From contig CM120641.1 in assembly GCA_051362555.1 (NCBI GenBank), forward strand, positions 4,526,001 through 4,590,000: a DNA stretch of 64,000 nucleotides, read 5' to 3'. The stretch is from Lingula anatina. Its lineage: Eukaryota > Animalia > Brachiopoda. Each line of letters starts with the position of its first letter. Positions within the stretch are counted from its first letter, which is position 1. Below, piece by piece: positions 22,581-37,100 of this stretch. The translations under genes and the position numbers were made by a program. Below the pieces are notes generated by a model that was not told the origin of the DNA, made no database searches, and saw only the letters and a program-made list of their open reading frames with translations.

Positions 22581-25500
22581 TGCCCGAGTTCTTGTAACTC
22601 TGGACCAGTTTCTGGTTTTGTTGTATCCATGACATTGTTGAGTTCTTGAATTTCTATAAACATATTAAAAACCACCCTTGATTTTACTATACCACTTTGT
22701 TAACGTTACAGGGAGAATTAAACGGAAAATAAACCGATGCACCCCATAGGCCTAATTATTGCATACAGTAAATTAAATCTTAGCTTCAAATAGCAGGACT
22801 AAAAATATCCCCCCCCCCCCCCCAAAAAAAAAAAAAAAAAAAAAAAAAATGTCATTCTATCTTTTTTTTTAAATTATTTCATGTCAGGTATGCAATGGTA
22901 TTAATGATAAAATTGACGTCATTTTAGACCCCTTTAACGTGATGTTCTTTATACACCGTGGGAAGTGGGGTTGAATTTCTCATTCGAAGGGACATTTTAC
23001 TATGTGCAGGCTTAAATGCATGTATAATTAATATTGTGACCTGAAATGTAATACAATAGGACCTGAAGGGTTTTCGATAGACCTAAGCACTGAGGCTAAA
23101 GCTAACCCTCTGACCACAGGGTGCGCTAGGACCTGTAGTCTATTACAAAACGTTTATTGTATCGCACTTTATATTGTATACTAATTTAGAAGCCCCTCAT
23201 ATCAGAAGGTAGCTATAGTAAGGCCTACGCGTTCTACATTGGTCTACAGGTACCAGTACAGAACTCGCTTACTCTTTCACTCACCTTCGATTTACGGGTA
23301 GGGTTTGATTTCTGGCGTTTCAGAGTGGAGGAGTCTTTCCATCCATTCTGATCCCACCCCTCCTCGAAGTTTAAGAATGATATCAAAGATGGATCAGAAG
23401 GCCTCGATCGAAGTGTGTGTGTGCTCTTTTTTTAAATTCGACCATTCTATCTCAACTTATTGGTGTCAGGTATGCTTTGGTATTAACGAGGACAATGGAA
23501 TAATTTCAAGGAAATTTCGTTTCTTTGCTACAAAATTTAGTGTCTACATGGTTAAGTCATCCTTTCACGTTTTCAAATATGAATTTGAAGACCTCATAGT
23601 TTTTTTTATTGCATTATGTGATTGAATCCTCAATTCCAGTTTGCTAAAAGGGGGGGGGGTGCAGCAAGGGCGGGGTCGTTTGATAAAGCCTGTGTATAAT
23701 AAAGTCCAGTTGTAACTTTACCCATTACAAGGAAATATGGAATAAAGTAATTAGGTTAAAGTCTTATATTGGCAAACATAATCAACATTAATCAAGCTTA
23801 CTAGAGGGCAGAACGCATTTGACTCTCTATCCGGAGTAGGTTTTAAATGAACGTTTTGTGGATGGCATTAATGAACTGCTAGTTACACTGGCGGAAATTA
23901 TATTACACTCAGTACATTTGTATTTTATCTTCTAATTAGGACTCATACAAGATAACAAGGTGATTACTGTAGGCTACCGAAGCCAGTCGAAAGATATCCC
24001 TAAAACGAGTTTCCATATAAATTGATCCCCAATATTTAATCTCCAACAAGAGATCGGGTAGTAATGTCGTAAAATAAAATGTATATCAACAGTTTCGCTT
24101 GCTTTGGAACACATTCGCTTTATGATACTCTTCTTTTGTATTGTATTGTATAGGTCAAACTGAGACAAAAAGGATGATTGCCACAAAAGTCAGCTGAACA
24201 CCCAACGAACAGTTGCCAAATATGCTTGCTGAAAACAATAAAAAGATAGGGTCGATAATCACTGGAATTTTGCTGTTTGAGTTCCGAGTTGGCGTTTTCA
24301 TGCCAATTGAACTCCGACCGATCCACAGATGAAGCGGCGATCTATGAATCAGCCCATTGATGATGATGGTACATCAAGTCAAGTTATCATTATTGCCTCA
24401 ATGACACACGGAAACGTGAGTATCAGAAATGCTTGTTAATTTTTAAATTTTGCATTTTTATTGTGCCTTAATTTTAACTGTCTTAACGTTAAGAAAACAG
24501 ATTAAGCGTCATGGCCTGATGCTTGTTTGATCTTCACAAGAAAATAGATGGTGGATCTCGACGTCTGGGTCAGGGGCTCAGGTGTGGGGTAGGTTACAGT
24601 TGAGAGCTTGAAGATACATGGTATGGACAGCGTTTGTACTGGTATTACACTATGAAAGGTTAAAAACGAAAATATAAGATATTTCTCCGATATTGGAAGT
24701 TTGAACAGTTGGTATTTTTCACTTCTGAATATTTTTCATGGAATGCACGGGTGTTTGTCTTAATTTTTAAGAAAATCAAATCGATAAATCTAACAGTAAA
24801 TAGAAGCATTTGGCTTTGCATTTTTAAGAAAGAAATCCCCAATAGTCTCAAAGGTATATCAAAGCCAAATTGAGTGCATTATTTTGCCTTTGCATCACAT
24901 GCACAAGACTGCTGCAAAAAGTGGTAAGTAGTAGTTTGTCATGATGATTCAACCGAGCAACGAGTAATGGTAAAAGGAGTGCATTTAAGAAGCCTTCAAC
25001 TGACCATATAACGTCCTACTTGGATCATTATATAACAGTCTTTTGGCTCCTTTTTTCCTCGGGTCTACATCAATATCACCGTTATTACAAGCCATTAGTC
25101 TATCGAGTTCCTAACTGAGAATTATCCTACAGATGAACGTTTTTAATACCACGTTCTTTGTACTTGCCTTAAGCCGAGAGATAAAGGTACTTGATTTTCT
25201 TACATTGTCACTTCGCTTAAAAATCCAATTTGGGCATTGGTATGGATATATTTTATAATTCGAAAGTGACGCAACATGCCTTTGGGGTATAAACACAAAG
25301 GAAATAGAAATATTAAGCTCATCGCATGTACAGCCCATTAATGTAGTTTACTCATAACAAGCAAAAGCATAAAGGCCAATGTTTGCTACTCAAATAACTT
25401 CCTTCAATACAAGAAATTGATTATGAAAATACATTTTGGCGCGTATGTGTTATTTGATGACCCTTGTAAAGAGGTTTAACACCCTCGAGAAAAATAATCG

Positions 25501-28500
25501 CATAAAACATAATTTGTTGAACGGGTATTTAGATAAATGATTTAATCATAAACAGGTAGTGTGTGTACTGAACCATTGTGTTGTACTCTAATTTTGGTAA
25601 ATAATCAATGCTTTTTAATCTTGGTCTATTTAATGTTTCATGTAGATTTTTCAATTCGATAAATTGTGCACACGGCAATTTTAAGCTATGAAAACCAATT
25701 TCTAAAAAAATGTTTCCAGGAAGAACATTTCATATTTTTCTTCTTAATCAATGCATTATGTTATAATGAATCAATCTGAAAAATGACTAATTCCCAAATG
25801 ATGCAGAAGCGGGTTTTAGATTTGACGCGGCGTAAGCAGTTCCAGAGGGTAGCCGGGTTTCTGCCCCACCACCCAACCATCCCAAAGTCTGAAAAAAACT
25901 AGTGCTCATAATGTTTTAGTAATGTTTTGTGGGAGGGAATAAAATACCAGCTCAACTTTCGCCCCTACACCACTTCTTGGTACCCTGGGACTGTTGGAGC
26001 ATTGCATGCAAAAATTGCCAACAAATGGTACTTTTAAAATCACTATTGTAACAGTGACACAATTGGCTTGTATACAAAACACTTAATAAATCGATGTATC
26101 TTGTTCAAAAGGTTTCCCAAATGCTTTCTTCTATATGTTACAAACGCCCAGGGTTTTCTGGCGATTATCTGTTTATATGTTACTTTCTGTCTCCTAGAAG
26201 AACGCCTATCTTCAATAGTACCGTTTTTGTACAAATGAATATCTTAACATCCATTGCTTTTTTAAACTTCAGTTCCTGAATTGGTGACAGATCTGGATAC
26301 CAAGTTTCCAACATGGATAGGCTTGAGGAGTAAGTATTCAGAGCGTAAAGGGCTGTGTTTCAGTCATATATTTCAATGAACAAATTTCGGCTTGCTTTGA
26401 TTGGAATTGTCGTGAATTTGATTAGATTTTCGAGCGACCATTATGTCCACTGTACAATGGAATCTATTATAGGCCTTTTGCACCAAGATGACGAGATCTT
26501 GACTTCTTTTTTTACTGAATAGTTTGCACTCCAGCATTCTTTGGGTTACTGGAGAGCAAGCTCTGCTGTAAAAAAAAAAAAAAAAAAAAAGTCAATATCT
26601 AGTCATCTAGCTGCAAAAGGTCTATTCTACTATTCTTTTTGAAGACCTAGTTTAGCACCTGTCCACCAAAGACAGATCCAACGCAAGGAAAAAAGTTACA
26701 ATTACAAAGGTGGATCTTGGATTATAGAGCAAAGATTGCATATGTCAAGACAACAGATGCTTTCAATCCCAGTGCATTCCTACTGACCCACACCTTAAGG
26801 CCCGTTCAATGGTTTATTGAAACCCAAGATCCCCCAGTGGTTTGTAGGAAAGGATTTCTGTTTCATCTTTCCTTATATACAACAATGATGTATGGTAGTA
26901 AGTGATACACCGTATCATACACGTAATAATAGTATTGACTTGTAGGAAAAGGCAGTTTGTGGCTTTCGCTGTGTGATCCAGCATGGAATGGTGGACAACC
27001 TGTGTGTGTGCGTGTGCGTGTGTGTGCATGCGTACGGGCGTGTGTGTGAGAAATAATGATCTAGAGAGAAAGAGAGATAAGGTGTAAACGTGTATATGTA
27101 TATATATGTGTGTGTATTGGAGAGAGGGGGGAGCCAAAATGAAACGGTTGTGGTGCAACTGAAAGTTCTGGCTTGTCTTTAGTTTTGGCAATGAAATGGA
27201 GGTGTAACCGCCGTTCTGTTACGGAGATGGGATAGTGTCGAGTCCTGCCATTGGATCTGATTTGTGATATGAGTACTGCCGCCGTGTTTCATATCTCGTG
27301 TACCAAGAGGCCAGGACATGTGCTGCCACCTGGTGACAATGCATACAGTTAATACACAAAGAAAAATTACTCATACGTAATCTTCCATAAACAATACATG
27401 TATATTTAATATATACATCGGTTCTGCAACAAATTATTACTGCTTTCTTTTTTTTTTTTATTATAACACCATCATAGCATCGTTTTGCTGCATATAACGA
27501 TGAATTATCGTAATCTTGATGTTGTCTACATGCCACTCCCAAAAAATCACAGTTCGCGTCTGCAGGTCTGGAATACAGGAATTACAGACTGGGTAGACAG
27601 AAAAGTGCGTTTATTCTGGTGCGTGATAACCCTAGTTGAGACGAAAATGAGGAGGCGTTCACGCTCACCAATAAAAAGTATACTGCCCAGGGATGGTGTT
27701 TGGTGAATCTCACCAGGAAGAATTGGTGAACTTGGTGACACCAGAGTGGAGCCAAAGAGTTGTTATACCACCTAATACCGATGATAGAAAACTACTTTAT
27801 CCATATGAACGCGCCTTTCTCTAACTTAACATTGTAGACTTTCACTCTGAGACTCGCCTACAGAGGGTGGAAGAAATTCATCTCCAAAGCAAGCAACAGT
27901 CAAAACAAAGACCGAATGAAGGGACGTGAGGTTAACTACTTACATGCACAAGTACGTGTTGTACCAGAGTATTTTACGACTTTTTTGGTTTAATTCGTTC
28001 AGTTTAGTCAGGATCATTCTTTTGACATCTTTCTCTGATTTAAGGAACCCCCTCCCACAAACAGAAAAAATCTTGAATCTCTTTTTTCTTTGAATCGACT
28101 ACAGAAACGAGGTTTGCCAATATTTATATATTCAGTGTAATCCCGATGTGTAGCCCACGGGGTCCTAAGTAACAAACGAGCGACGCTTGTCTTTATTATC
28201 AACAGTTGGAAATGATTTCTCTGCCAATAATGTGTAATACCCAACACGAAATTTAAACCGCCTTTGAGAAAATGCTTGGCAGTTTATTTAGGTATTGCAT
28301 CCAGAGGAAAAGACATCCACGCAATATTGCTATAACGGCTATCCATTCTAATCCGGTTTGTTAGATTTAATGATTTTGTGCTTGGTGTTATTAGGTTTAT
28401 GTACAATTGTCATTGTGGTTTAACTTCAATTATATTAGTGTTTTTTTCTCGGAATTTAGAATCGCCATGATATTGCGACTATTGAAAACAAAAACTGCTG

Positions 28501-28930
28501 GGCCCGCTGAGGTGGAGTGCAATGGTATTCCCTCAACTGAAAATCAAGAGTCTAACTCTTCAAGTTAGAAGCAAAACGTTAAAATATTTTTGTTTAAACG
28601 CCAACGAACTCGACCAGGAAGTTAAAAACAACATAAAGCTTGAATAAAAGAATGGCTGGTACGGCACACTTAAAACAGTGAGCAGTGAAAGTGTAGCTTC
28701 AATGACGGCTAATATTTTAGGCAGAAGATTTGAAGTACTGGTTTCTGTGTATTTGTAATCTACGGTCATAATACATGAATATAATATCTTCGTTATAAGC
28801 ATACCTGTATGTGACCTTTGCTAGGTGTTTAAAAACTGATGATCCAGGTAGCACGTTTGGATCCCTCTCGCTATCATAAATACCAGTTAAGTAGAGAGAC
28901 GATTTCCAAGTTGATGTGGTAAAAATCTAT

Positions 28931-28945
28931 GCAGATTTTATGTTA

Positions 28946-29041
<96 letters not shown>

Positions 29042-29108
29042 CACAAACCCACACACACACACACACACAACGACTGCAAAATGCATAAAAAAGGTCACTT
29101 GCAGATTT

Positions 29109-29186
<78 letters not shown>

Positions 29187-29215
29187 CGACTGCAAGATGC
29201 ATAAAAAGGGCACTT
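28931..29215. repeat. Duplicated compound microsatellite unit: GCAGATTTTATG-(TC)n-(CA)n-ACGACTGCAA.ATGCATAAAAA.GG.CACTT, two copies
   Basis: Unit 1 at 28931-29100 and unit 2 at 29101-29215, read directly. Confidence 0.9.
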
Positions 29216-31545
29216 GTCGGCCCATGCTGGCCTCTAAGCTGGTTTGGTCTACTGTGGCCAATCAGACATGCAATAGTTGTGGTTTCTTTCAACCTAACTG
29301 ACACATCTACTTCACTTTTAGACATACATTTGAACCAAATTTGTCTGGCTCTGTCTGACATTGGAAGCATTGAGTACTATGGCATGGTATCTTATCCGTA
29401 CGTTTCAATTTGTTGCCGTAAGGCCCGTAATGTACCGAGTCACGGTGCCTTATTCATTTACCTTAGTAATAAGGCAAAGGTGTACCCTGGCCACATTCTT
29501 GTAATGTCATAATTCCACTTTTTGAAGTCATGCTTCCGTTCATTACCAATAAATGATCACCTGAATCTAATTTAAATCGTAGTTAGACCAGGATATGTTT
29601 ATTGCAAAATTGATAGGGATGAGCATTTTTTACTGCATTTCGATGACGTTATTATTGTTTTTTCCTCTTATTTTCATGTGATAAATCGTTACGATAATCC
29701 TTGTAGGGTCATCCTACGAAAACAAAACGTGTAGGTGAGAGTGTTGTATTGGGTGAGTACCTGTCAGTTCGTTAAGGGCAACTTGAGGGCTCTTTATGCC
29801 GTGGTATACACTCGACCGAGCGCATCGAAAAAATGGCCTTAGGGAGTTCTTATTTACTATGTGTCAAGAACATTACGGAGAACATATCAGGAACGAACTC
29901 ATAGATTTCTTAGAACCTTGCAAAAGGAGTTATGAAATCTGGGTTGAATTAGATCTCAAGTGTATTCTTTATGTAGGAGCGTACATTTAAGGTACCACAC
30001 CGTCGAGTCATGTTTAAAGTTTACCTAATTGGTCTTTTACAGCGAATTAAACTGCCACTTCGGATCCACCGCATTGGCCGTATCCTTGCGTTGCCAATAC
30101 TCATCACGGTGGAATCCCACATATTGCGAACATTTGCGTATTATTTTACGGTGTATATATGTTTATAAAAACAACTTGAGGCCAAAATGGTGGAAGTGTG
30201 AACTCAATTCAAGGAATCAATTACCGGTGGAAGTATCACTCAGGTGTCTCTCAGGCCCATAGAAAAAGTGTATTTAATCTTCCCTGCCCCGTAGTTTCAA
30301 TTACGGCGTCTTACTGGTTAATAGGAGCATACACTTAGAAAGCATTGGTTGCTATAAAAACGAAAGTAGGACTTTGCGTTCAAGGTGTAAGATAGGATTG
30401 AAAGTCAGTCTATGAGGCCGAGAGGCTTATTTGACCTAAACGCGTTTGTCACAAATCTCAATTTAATCCATTTCATAGTACTTTAGAAGTTATTCAAATC
30501 TGGCTGTTCACCGACTCTAAAGGTAAGCGAGTTACGTTATTCATTTATTCACTATTCCTTAGTTAAAATATAAAATACAGGTAACGTTTTTGTATTCTGG
30601 TAAAGGAAGAAAATTAGAAGAGCCCAACTGATAAAGTAGCAGGCTGTCTGTTTCTGTGGAATTTTCTATTTGTTTCAGATTCTAATTAGGGTTGGCTTTA
30701 AATTTTCGTAAACAAGCATCTGTCTATTTTGGGAAGATTAGTTTGTAATGTTGAAGGAACTTCCCAGACATGAAAAAGTTTTATCTTTCACATAGCCCAT
30801 TGACATTCTAGTTGCATTCAAGGAAACACGTACTATCTGCTAGGCATAGTACCTGTGTAACACTTGGCGCCCAGGTTAATTGTTACCAGACAGGTTTACG
30901 TGGAGGCACTTTTTGATGTCTATATCTTTTAAGTGACATTACCTTATTTGACGCTAAATCTTAGTTTCAAAATGGAAACAAAATAACTTGCCATGTGGAC
31001 ATATTTATTTTATTTTATTTTCGTCCTGTAAATGATACATTGGTGGCTGAGCGAAATCGAGAACGTTTATATTGTGCGCCGCCTTTGCCTTGTTCCGAAA
31101 ACGTACCTGTAAACTACCTACGTGTCGGCTCACCCTTTGGTTGTCTTTTCACTTAGTTATGATACTTGAAAACTTGCTCGTCCTCTTTTTTGTATACCTT
31201 ATGATTTAAATATTTATCCTTGGGTTACGTACTTGCTCCATACGGGGTATGTATACACAATTCAATATAGTTCATCAGGAAATAAGGCCCAATTGAAAGA
31301 TTACCGACTGGACCAAAGTTAACATCACCTTAAACACTTTCTTTATAGAACCAAAACCAAATAAGATCACTCTAGCAAACCCCTATTGAATTACTATGTA
31401 TACCGTCAGTATGACCCGCCTGGGGATCTGTTTTCTGTTGGATCACCTGAAATCGCTTTCCACAATCCTGGTAAATGTTTAAACTGAATTTTCTCAACTG
31501 CAATCAGAAACCCGCTGATAGGCGAAGGATTGGTTAACATGGACG

Positions 31546-31553
31546 TGACGTCA
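31546..31553. promoter_or_regulatory. Full palindromic CRE-like site (TGACGTCA) ~230 bp upstream of the distal candidate innexin exon
   Basis: Lies inside the 12-bp palindrome CGTGACGTCACG (31544-31555). Function is inferred only. Confidence 0.35.
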
Positions 31554-31780
31554 CGAAAGGTCCAAGATCCCGGCATGTTCTTCACACTTGAATATTTCGC
31601 TCTCCCGATTAGAGTTGGAAAATGTTGCAAACTAAGAGAGTTCGATGATAATTATGGCAAAAGACCTGGATACTCCTCAACAACTTCAGCCCCGCTACCG
31701 TGCCAATACCTCATCCATTGTAGATACCTGTGCTATTAATATTACAGCTGCCGTGCCAGCTTCCTAGACGTAAATAACTC

Positions 31781-32013
31781 ATGCCCAGGTTTTTTCAACG
31801 GCAACAGTCGCGGACACAACAACGAGTCAGGGAGCGCGAAACTGGCTGCCGTAGCATCCGTCGTCAGGCACGAATCTTGCACCGTCTACCGTCCAAAGTA
31901 GCCGGAGAACCCAGAGTTCAACAACTCCGAGAACAGCACGGCCAAGGCACAGGGTCCCATATAAGATACGTCCACTCCTCTTCCAGCCTGGGGTTCTTTA
32001 CGGGAATAGGAGG
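31781..32013 (+). CDS. Candidate distal alternative first coding exon of the innexin (77 codons + phase-2 donor)
   Basis: ATG-initiated ORF MPRFFQRQ...VAGEPRVQQLREQH...VHSSSSLGFFTGIG ending GG|GTGAGT (consensus donor). In frame with the acceptor at 51582; weak similarity to the 50995 peptide. Confidence 0.6.
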
Positions 32014-33880
32014 GTGAGTTTAGCCCCTTGTTATTATAATTATTTTGTTTTATCGAAAAATGAAAACACATTGAAGTCAGCCTTTTTATATGTATATATA
32101 CCGGGTTATAAGAAAAGAAACATGTTTCACGTATTTGGAATGTGCCTGCTCAGCTATACAACACAAATAGCAATACATGCATATTAGTATCCACCTGACT
32201 TCTGTGACTTGCCTATATGGGAGCTGCATATTCAGCAATGGTTCGTAGTATAGCAAAAGATATAGACCTATGCCGGTATATACACTGATGGAGATCTGTG
32301 GTTTTCTTTGGGGGAAATGGCAGGTATGGCATTTCTCCTCTAAATCTCTTCTGCTTGCTATTGCAAGGGTTTCTCGAAGTGCCTTAAATTACAGGAGTTA
32401 GTGATCTAAGAAAGGTGAAAACAGGTGAAGATGCTAAAGCCAGACTACATATTTGAAGTGCGGTAGATCTTATGCTCATCAAAGAATTGTATATTTGAAA
32501 TGCCAAAGCCTGTTTGAGCGAAGGATTACATTCATCCTTAGTTTGTTGATGTATTCTGTAGCTCATGATCTTCACATTGTGCGTAGGAGGTTTCCTTCGT
32601 TAAATGGAAAATATATATTAAATACATACATATACATGAATTTTTATGGGTAAATGAAGGTCGCCTCTATATAGAGAGGTATATATAGTTATTCGGAAAG
32701 AAAATAACGCCATAACTTTGCTCTTCCCAAATGAAATGTTTCGGAGTCATATATCGTGCAATAGGCTTGCCAGCCATAACATCACATTTTCCTTTAATTC
32801 AAACATGTTTGCAGAAGCTCTATCCCAAACACATGCGAATTAGATGCGTAACCATTTTGGGTCCATCCTTGATATTTCACCTGTACGTCATGATAGCTGC
32901 TCTTAATCCACAAATTAATCCAATACTTTTGAATCTACCCCATGTAAAGTCATTAATGCGAACACGTTCACGATTAGTCTCACGTCTAATAACTGATGAC
33001 ATCATTCAGCGGTACGTTACCTCAGTGAAACAACTAGGTTGTTTTTCTTTCCCAAAACAAACTTAGACGTAACTTCTCAATAACCCCTTTCCCTAAGAAA
33101 AAAATGAACTCGTATATAACTGAAGGCAACAAATCAAAGACAAGAAAAGATGCATAGAAGCAAACAGAGGTTAATAGCTGATTTCGCAAAAGTACTTACC
33201 AAGCAGAGTTTGAAATCTGACAGAGGTCTCCAGTCTTGAGATTAAGATAGCGGTAAAGGTGAAACAAGATAAAATGAAACGCTAACAACTTCACGTTTTT
33301 CAGATTTCTTTTACCAGACATGTCTTCTCTGTCAGGAATTTGTAAAATAATTAGCTGATACTTTTAAATTATCATTTATTATTAAAAATTATAGTCTTTT
33401 TAAATCCATGCGTGGAAATGAATAGGTGGAATAGAAGTGTCGTATACTCAACTAAATGCCAAAAAAGCTAGGGAATGGCCTTTTCTTGATAAAATGCTTA
33501 CTCTTGCCAGATTGAACTTGAAAATAGAAAGCATTTGCAGATCGCTGTATAAATTACGGTTTTTATAATCAATGTCGCTTTTTCCTAAATATCTGACGCA
33601 ATCTCTATATTAAACGACGGCAATACTTTTCACATAAAAATAATAAGGATACCAATGTTTATCGATTCATTTCTTTTGTACATAATGTTATAAAAAATCC
33701 TGTAGTGAGTTTTAAGCTCTGGTGCACAGATATACAGGTTTTTGTTCATAAATTGAGCTTTGGTTAACAGCGTTCATAATGCCACAGCTAGCAAAAGCCT
33801 TGGGTTGGCAAAAGAAGCAGAGATTCAACTCGAAATTCCGCGACACTATAAATGTACAACTTCGCGTATTCCAATAATTT

Positions 33881-34100
33881 ACTAGAACAGTACTCGAAGA
33901 GCGCAAACCTCCACCAAGGAAGTTCAATTCTCGTTATTTATTAATCAATCTATGTATCCCCACCAAAATCTGAACAATTGTAAATTGCCCCATTTCTGAT
34001 TTATCCTGAAAATTTTATCAAAATCCGACCATAACTTTTGTATTACATCATTAACTAACAACCGACAAAGGGAAAAGCGTGCCCTCCTTGGCCTAGGTAA
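33881..34100 (-). mobile_element. Helentron-associated non-autonomous element (HINE/DINE-like)
   Basis: Subterminal inverted repeats ACCTCCACCAAGG / CCTTGGCCTAGGT, a short terminal hairpin (GTACTC-GAA-GAGCGC) next to ACTAG, and an internal AAC-rich simple repeat; this layout is typical of HINEs. Confidence 0.6.
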
Positions 34101-37100
34101 TTATTCGGAAAACAATGTTAATATTCTTTGGGAAAAAGTACAGTACAATGTTTTTTTAACAACTGTGATACTTGGTCACAGAACTGAGGCAGTTACAGAT
34201 GTCTACGGTTAGAAGATAGAAAATGATATGAGATGCAACTGATAAAAGAAGATTTTGATATCAAGCTTAAGTCAGTTAGTTAATGAACGTGTATGGTCAA
34301 CATTTTAAGACTTCACGCGTGTAATTGGTGTTATAATGGTACGTCTACTTATTTTTCCTGCCGTCCAACATTTCATTTTTGAACCACTGTTGACCTATGG
34401 TAGTAATTTATATCAGTAATGCATACAGACTTTTTTATATTCTCATGGCGCGGTTACTATATTGAGAAATCGGTAGGTATAAAACATCTTTGGAACGCAT
34501 ATTACTCTGGCAAATAAAGTATATACATGTATTACAAACTAAATCATTTAAATAGAAATAACTGTAAAAACTCACTCTCTGAATGCTTCATCTATTGTCA
34601 CGCCTGGATACAACAGGAATGGCACCGTTACTATATCTCAAAATGTATTGCTGTTAATTTACTACAAAATAACAACAACAGAGTTATAGTTACAATTTCC
34701 AAGATTAGGAAACCCATCTCATGTCAAGAATAGCAACATCTAATGGCCGCTAGATGGCAGCACGAGAACGTTAGAACAATTATAATTCTGCCTCTTTTCG
34801 GAGCTTGACTTTTGTTCAGTAGCGAATCGGGGGTAATATAAAGGACATTCATCAAACACACTTGTATCCTTTTATTTGCTATGAAACCATTGGTCCACCT
34901 GTAATGCTTGAAAATTGATTAAAATTTCTAAAGCATTTAATTTTAAAAATATTATGGGTATAACAATCATAAGAAGCTCATGTCACGGTGGCCTTGGTAA
35001 TTTTAGTGGTGAAAGGCTGATGTCCTTGTTGACAAGTCGGATTGTTGACTGGGATTTCTTTTGAGTATTTCATTCGGCATGTTATCGACCAGTAAATTCT
35101 ACAAAGTTGTCGTTTATACATGTAATGATGTTGAATAATTATGTCAAAGATAAATATTGTACGCATGTTTATCAATTTTTTATTAAGAATTGCTGTCTTC
35201 CTTAGTGCACCTTTTTACACGTAAAGTACATGCAACATTTTCACCAAATACTTATTCTTGTTTGCATTCCTGATACAACTCCAGTGTTATGCTGATTATA
35301 ATTTTGCAGTATTGTAGTTATTAGTTCTTATTATAATCAACTAGATTTTTTTTGTAAATTATTTTTATCTAATAGAAAACAGTTTCTTTCTTTTAAAAGA
35401 TTGCACCTGTTCTATCACACAGTAGTACGTAAAACAAGTTTGCACTTGTCATTTATTATAGCGACCTTTGGGCGAAATATGAATGGTCGGATGATATTTC
35501 GGCAATTGTGAAAACATGTATCACGGGATCGTAATCCCGCTGAGTTGGTAATTAATGGCATGGCATATACTTCAGGTACAGCACAAATGCATGTGCACCG
35601 TAAATGTATAAACAGCAAAATAGGCTCACACTGACTGCTGCCAGACAGCCGACTGCAGACGGAGCTCGGATATCCTACCAGTGTTAAAAGTAAGTTGGAA
35701 CTCTCTCACCTGGTTCTGGCTGCCCTGATAGCACTTACCTATGCTATGTAAGCGTATGGTCTGCGTTGCTTGCAGATGGTCAACCTACATGTGTATTGCG
35801 GAACGCTTAGCTTATACATAAACCCCTCTGCATTGCCCCTGTGTTGTTCGCTTAACACGAATCAGACAAGAACACTTGAGCTAAAAGCTACTGAAGATAC
35901 CGCCTCATCTGCTGCAGTGTGTTGCACCACTCGTGTTTGGATTGAATGTGTTTTTTAGCTTAAGGTGAACAAATGGCTCTACTTTACCACTTTCTTTAAC
36001 CACCTGGTTAAAGCTTGCCAACTTTCATAAACTTACCATGAAATGAAAAAGCGAAAAAAATAAAGAATCAACCCTATCTTGCCGAGTGTTTTCGCTCCAG
36101 GTAATCAAGTGACCTGCACTAGACCCCTGCCCAACTAGATTTCTTTGATGCGCGGTGTAAATCTCCACTCGACAGGCTACCTGAAGGCCGTGCGTATTAA
36201 CAACACATCATTTTCCAGGGAATGTTTTTTACTTGGACGGTTAAGTGGCTTCCTGCTAGGCGAGGTTTACTCGGAATGGTGAACTTAGTGTTTCGTTTTT
36301 CATTTAAATGCTCAAAAAAGGCTTGGGAATGGGTTCTTCTTGTAGAATTGTATTACACTTTGGAAAGGCACACATACATATTTCGCCTGAGAAAGAATTG
36401 AGTTAAGGTGAGCAGTATGTGAACAACTGAAAAGATAACAAATATTAGGTCTAAATGTCAGTGTTTCACCGTCTGTTTCCAATTTTCGATAGCTAGTTTC
36501 TGCCAATACGCTTTCTAGGACAGTCAAGGCCATCTCCACCCTCTCTAACCCCTATCCTGATTTGCTTTTTCTTTCTTTCTTTCTTTTTTTCTTTTCTTTT
36601 TTTCCATATGATTTCGTTGCGTCAAAATTATATATTGGTGTTTTATTTCTTAACACCACGTCACGAGAAGATAACCCTTCACCCGTGCACATTAAGAAAA
36701 TCATATTGTTTGGTTTTTTTATAAATCACCATCTTCTTTTGCCTACGTGACAGAGTGTGCAGCATTCCAAGTTTATCCTCAGCTTAACGAGTTAATTTTG
36801 ACAGAAAAACGTTTTTTTTTGTCCCGATTATTATTATGACTGAAGACGTGTATAAGAAAATTAAACACCGTAATGTGAAGCACGTGCTTGTGTAACCTTT
36901 TAATACCTGGCGATATGTTTACGAGTACTTAATAAACAAATGAGGGATTATTTAGATTTCCGATGAGACAGGTACACAGCCAAAACGGGCAGAATTGATC
37001 AATTATCTGAAATATGATACCGGTCAATCCTTAGGAGAATCAATAAACAAGCGGAAAGAAATAGATCTTGTTTAAAGAGTGAAGCCTCACTCTTGTAAAA

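Noticed and set aside
28916-29512. 198-aa ORF and overlapping ORFs (SLSLSL, HTHTHT, CVCV, RERE)
   Set aside because: Open only because (TC)n/(CA)n repeats lack stops; no protein features.
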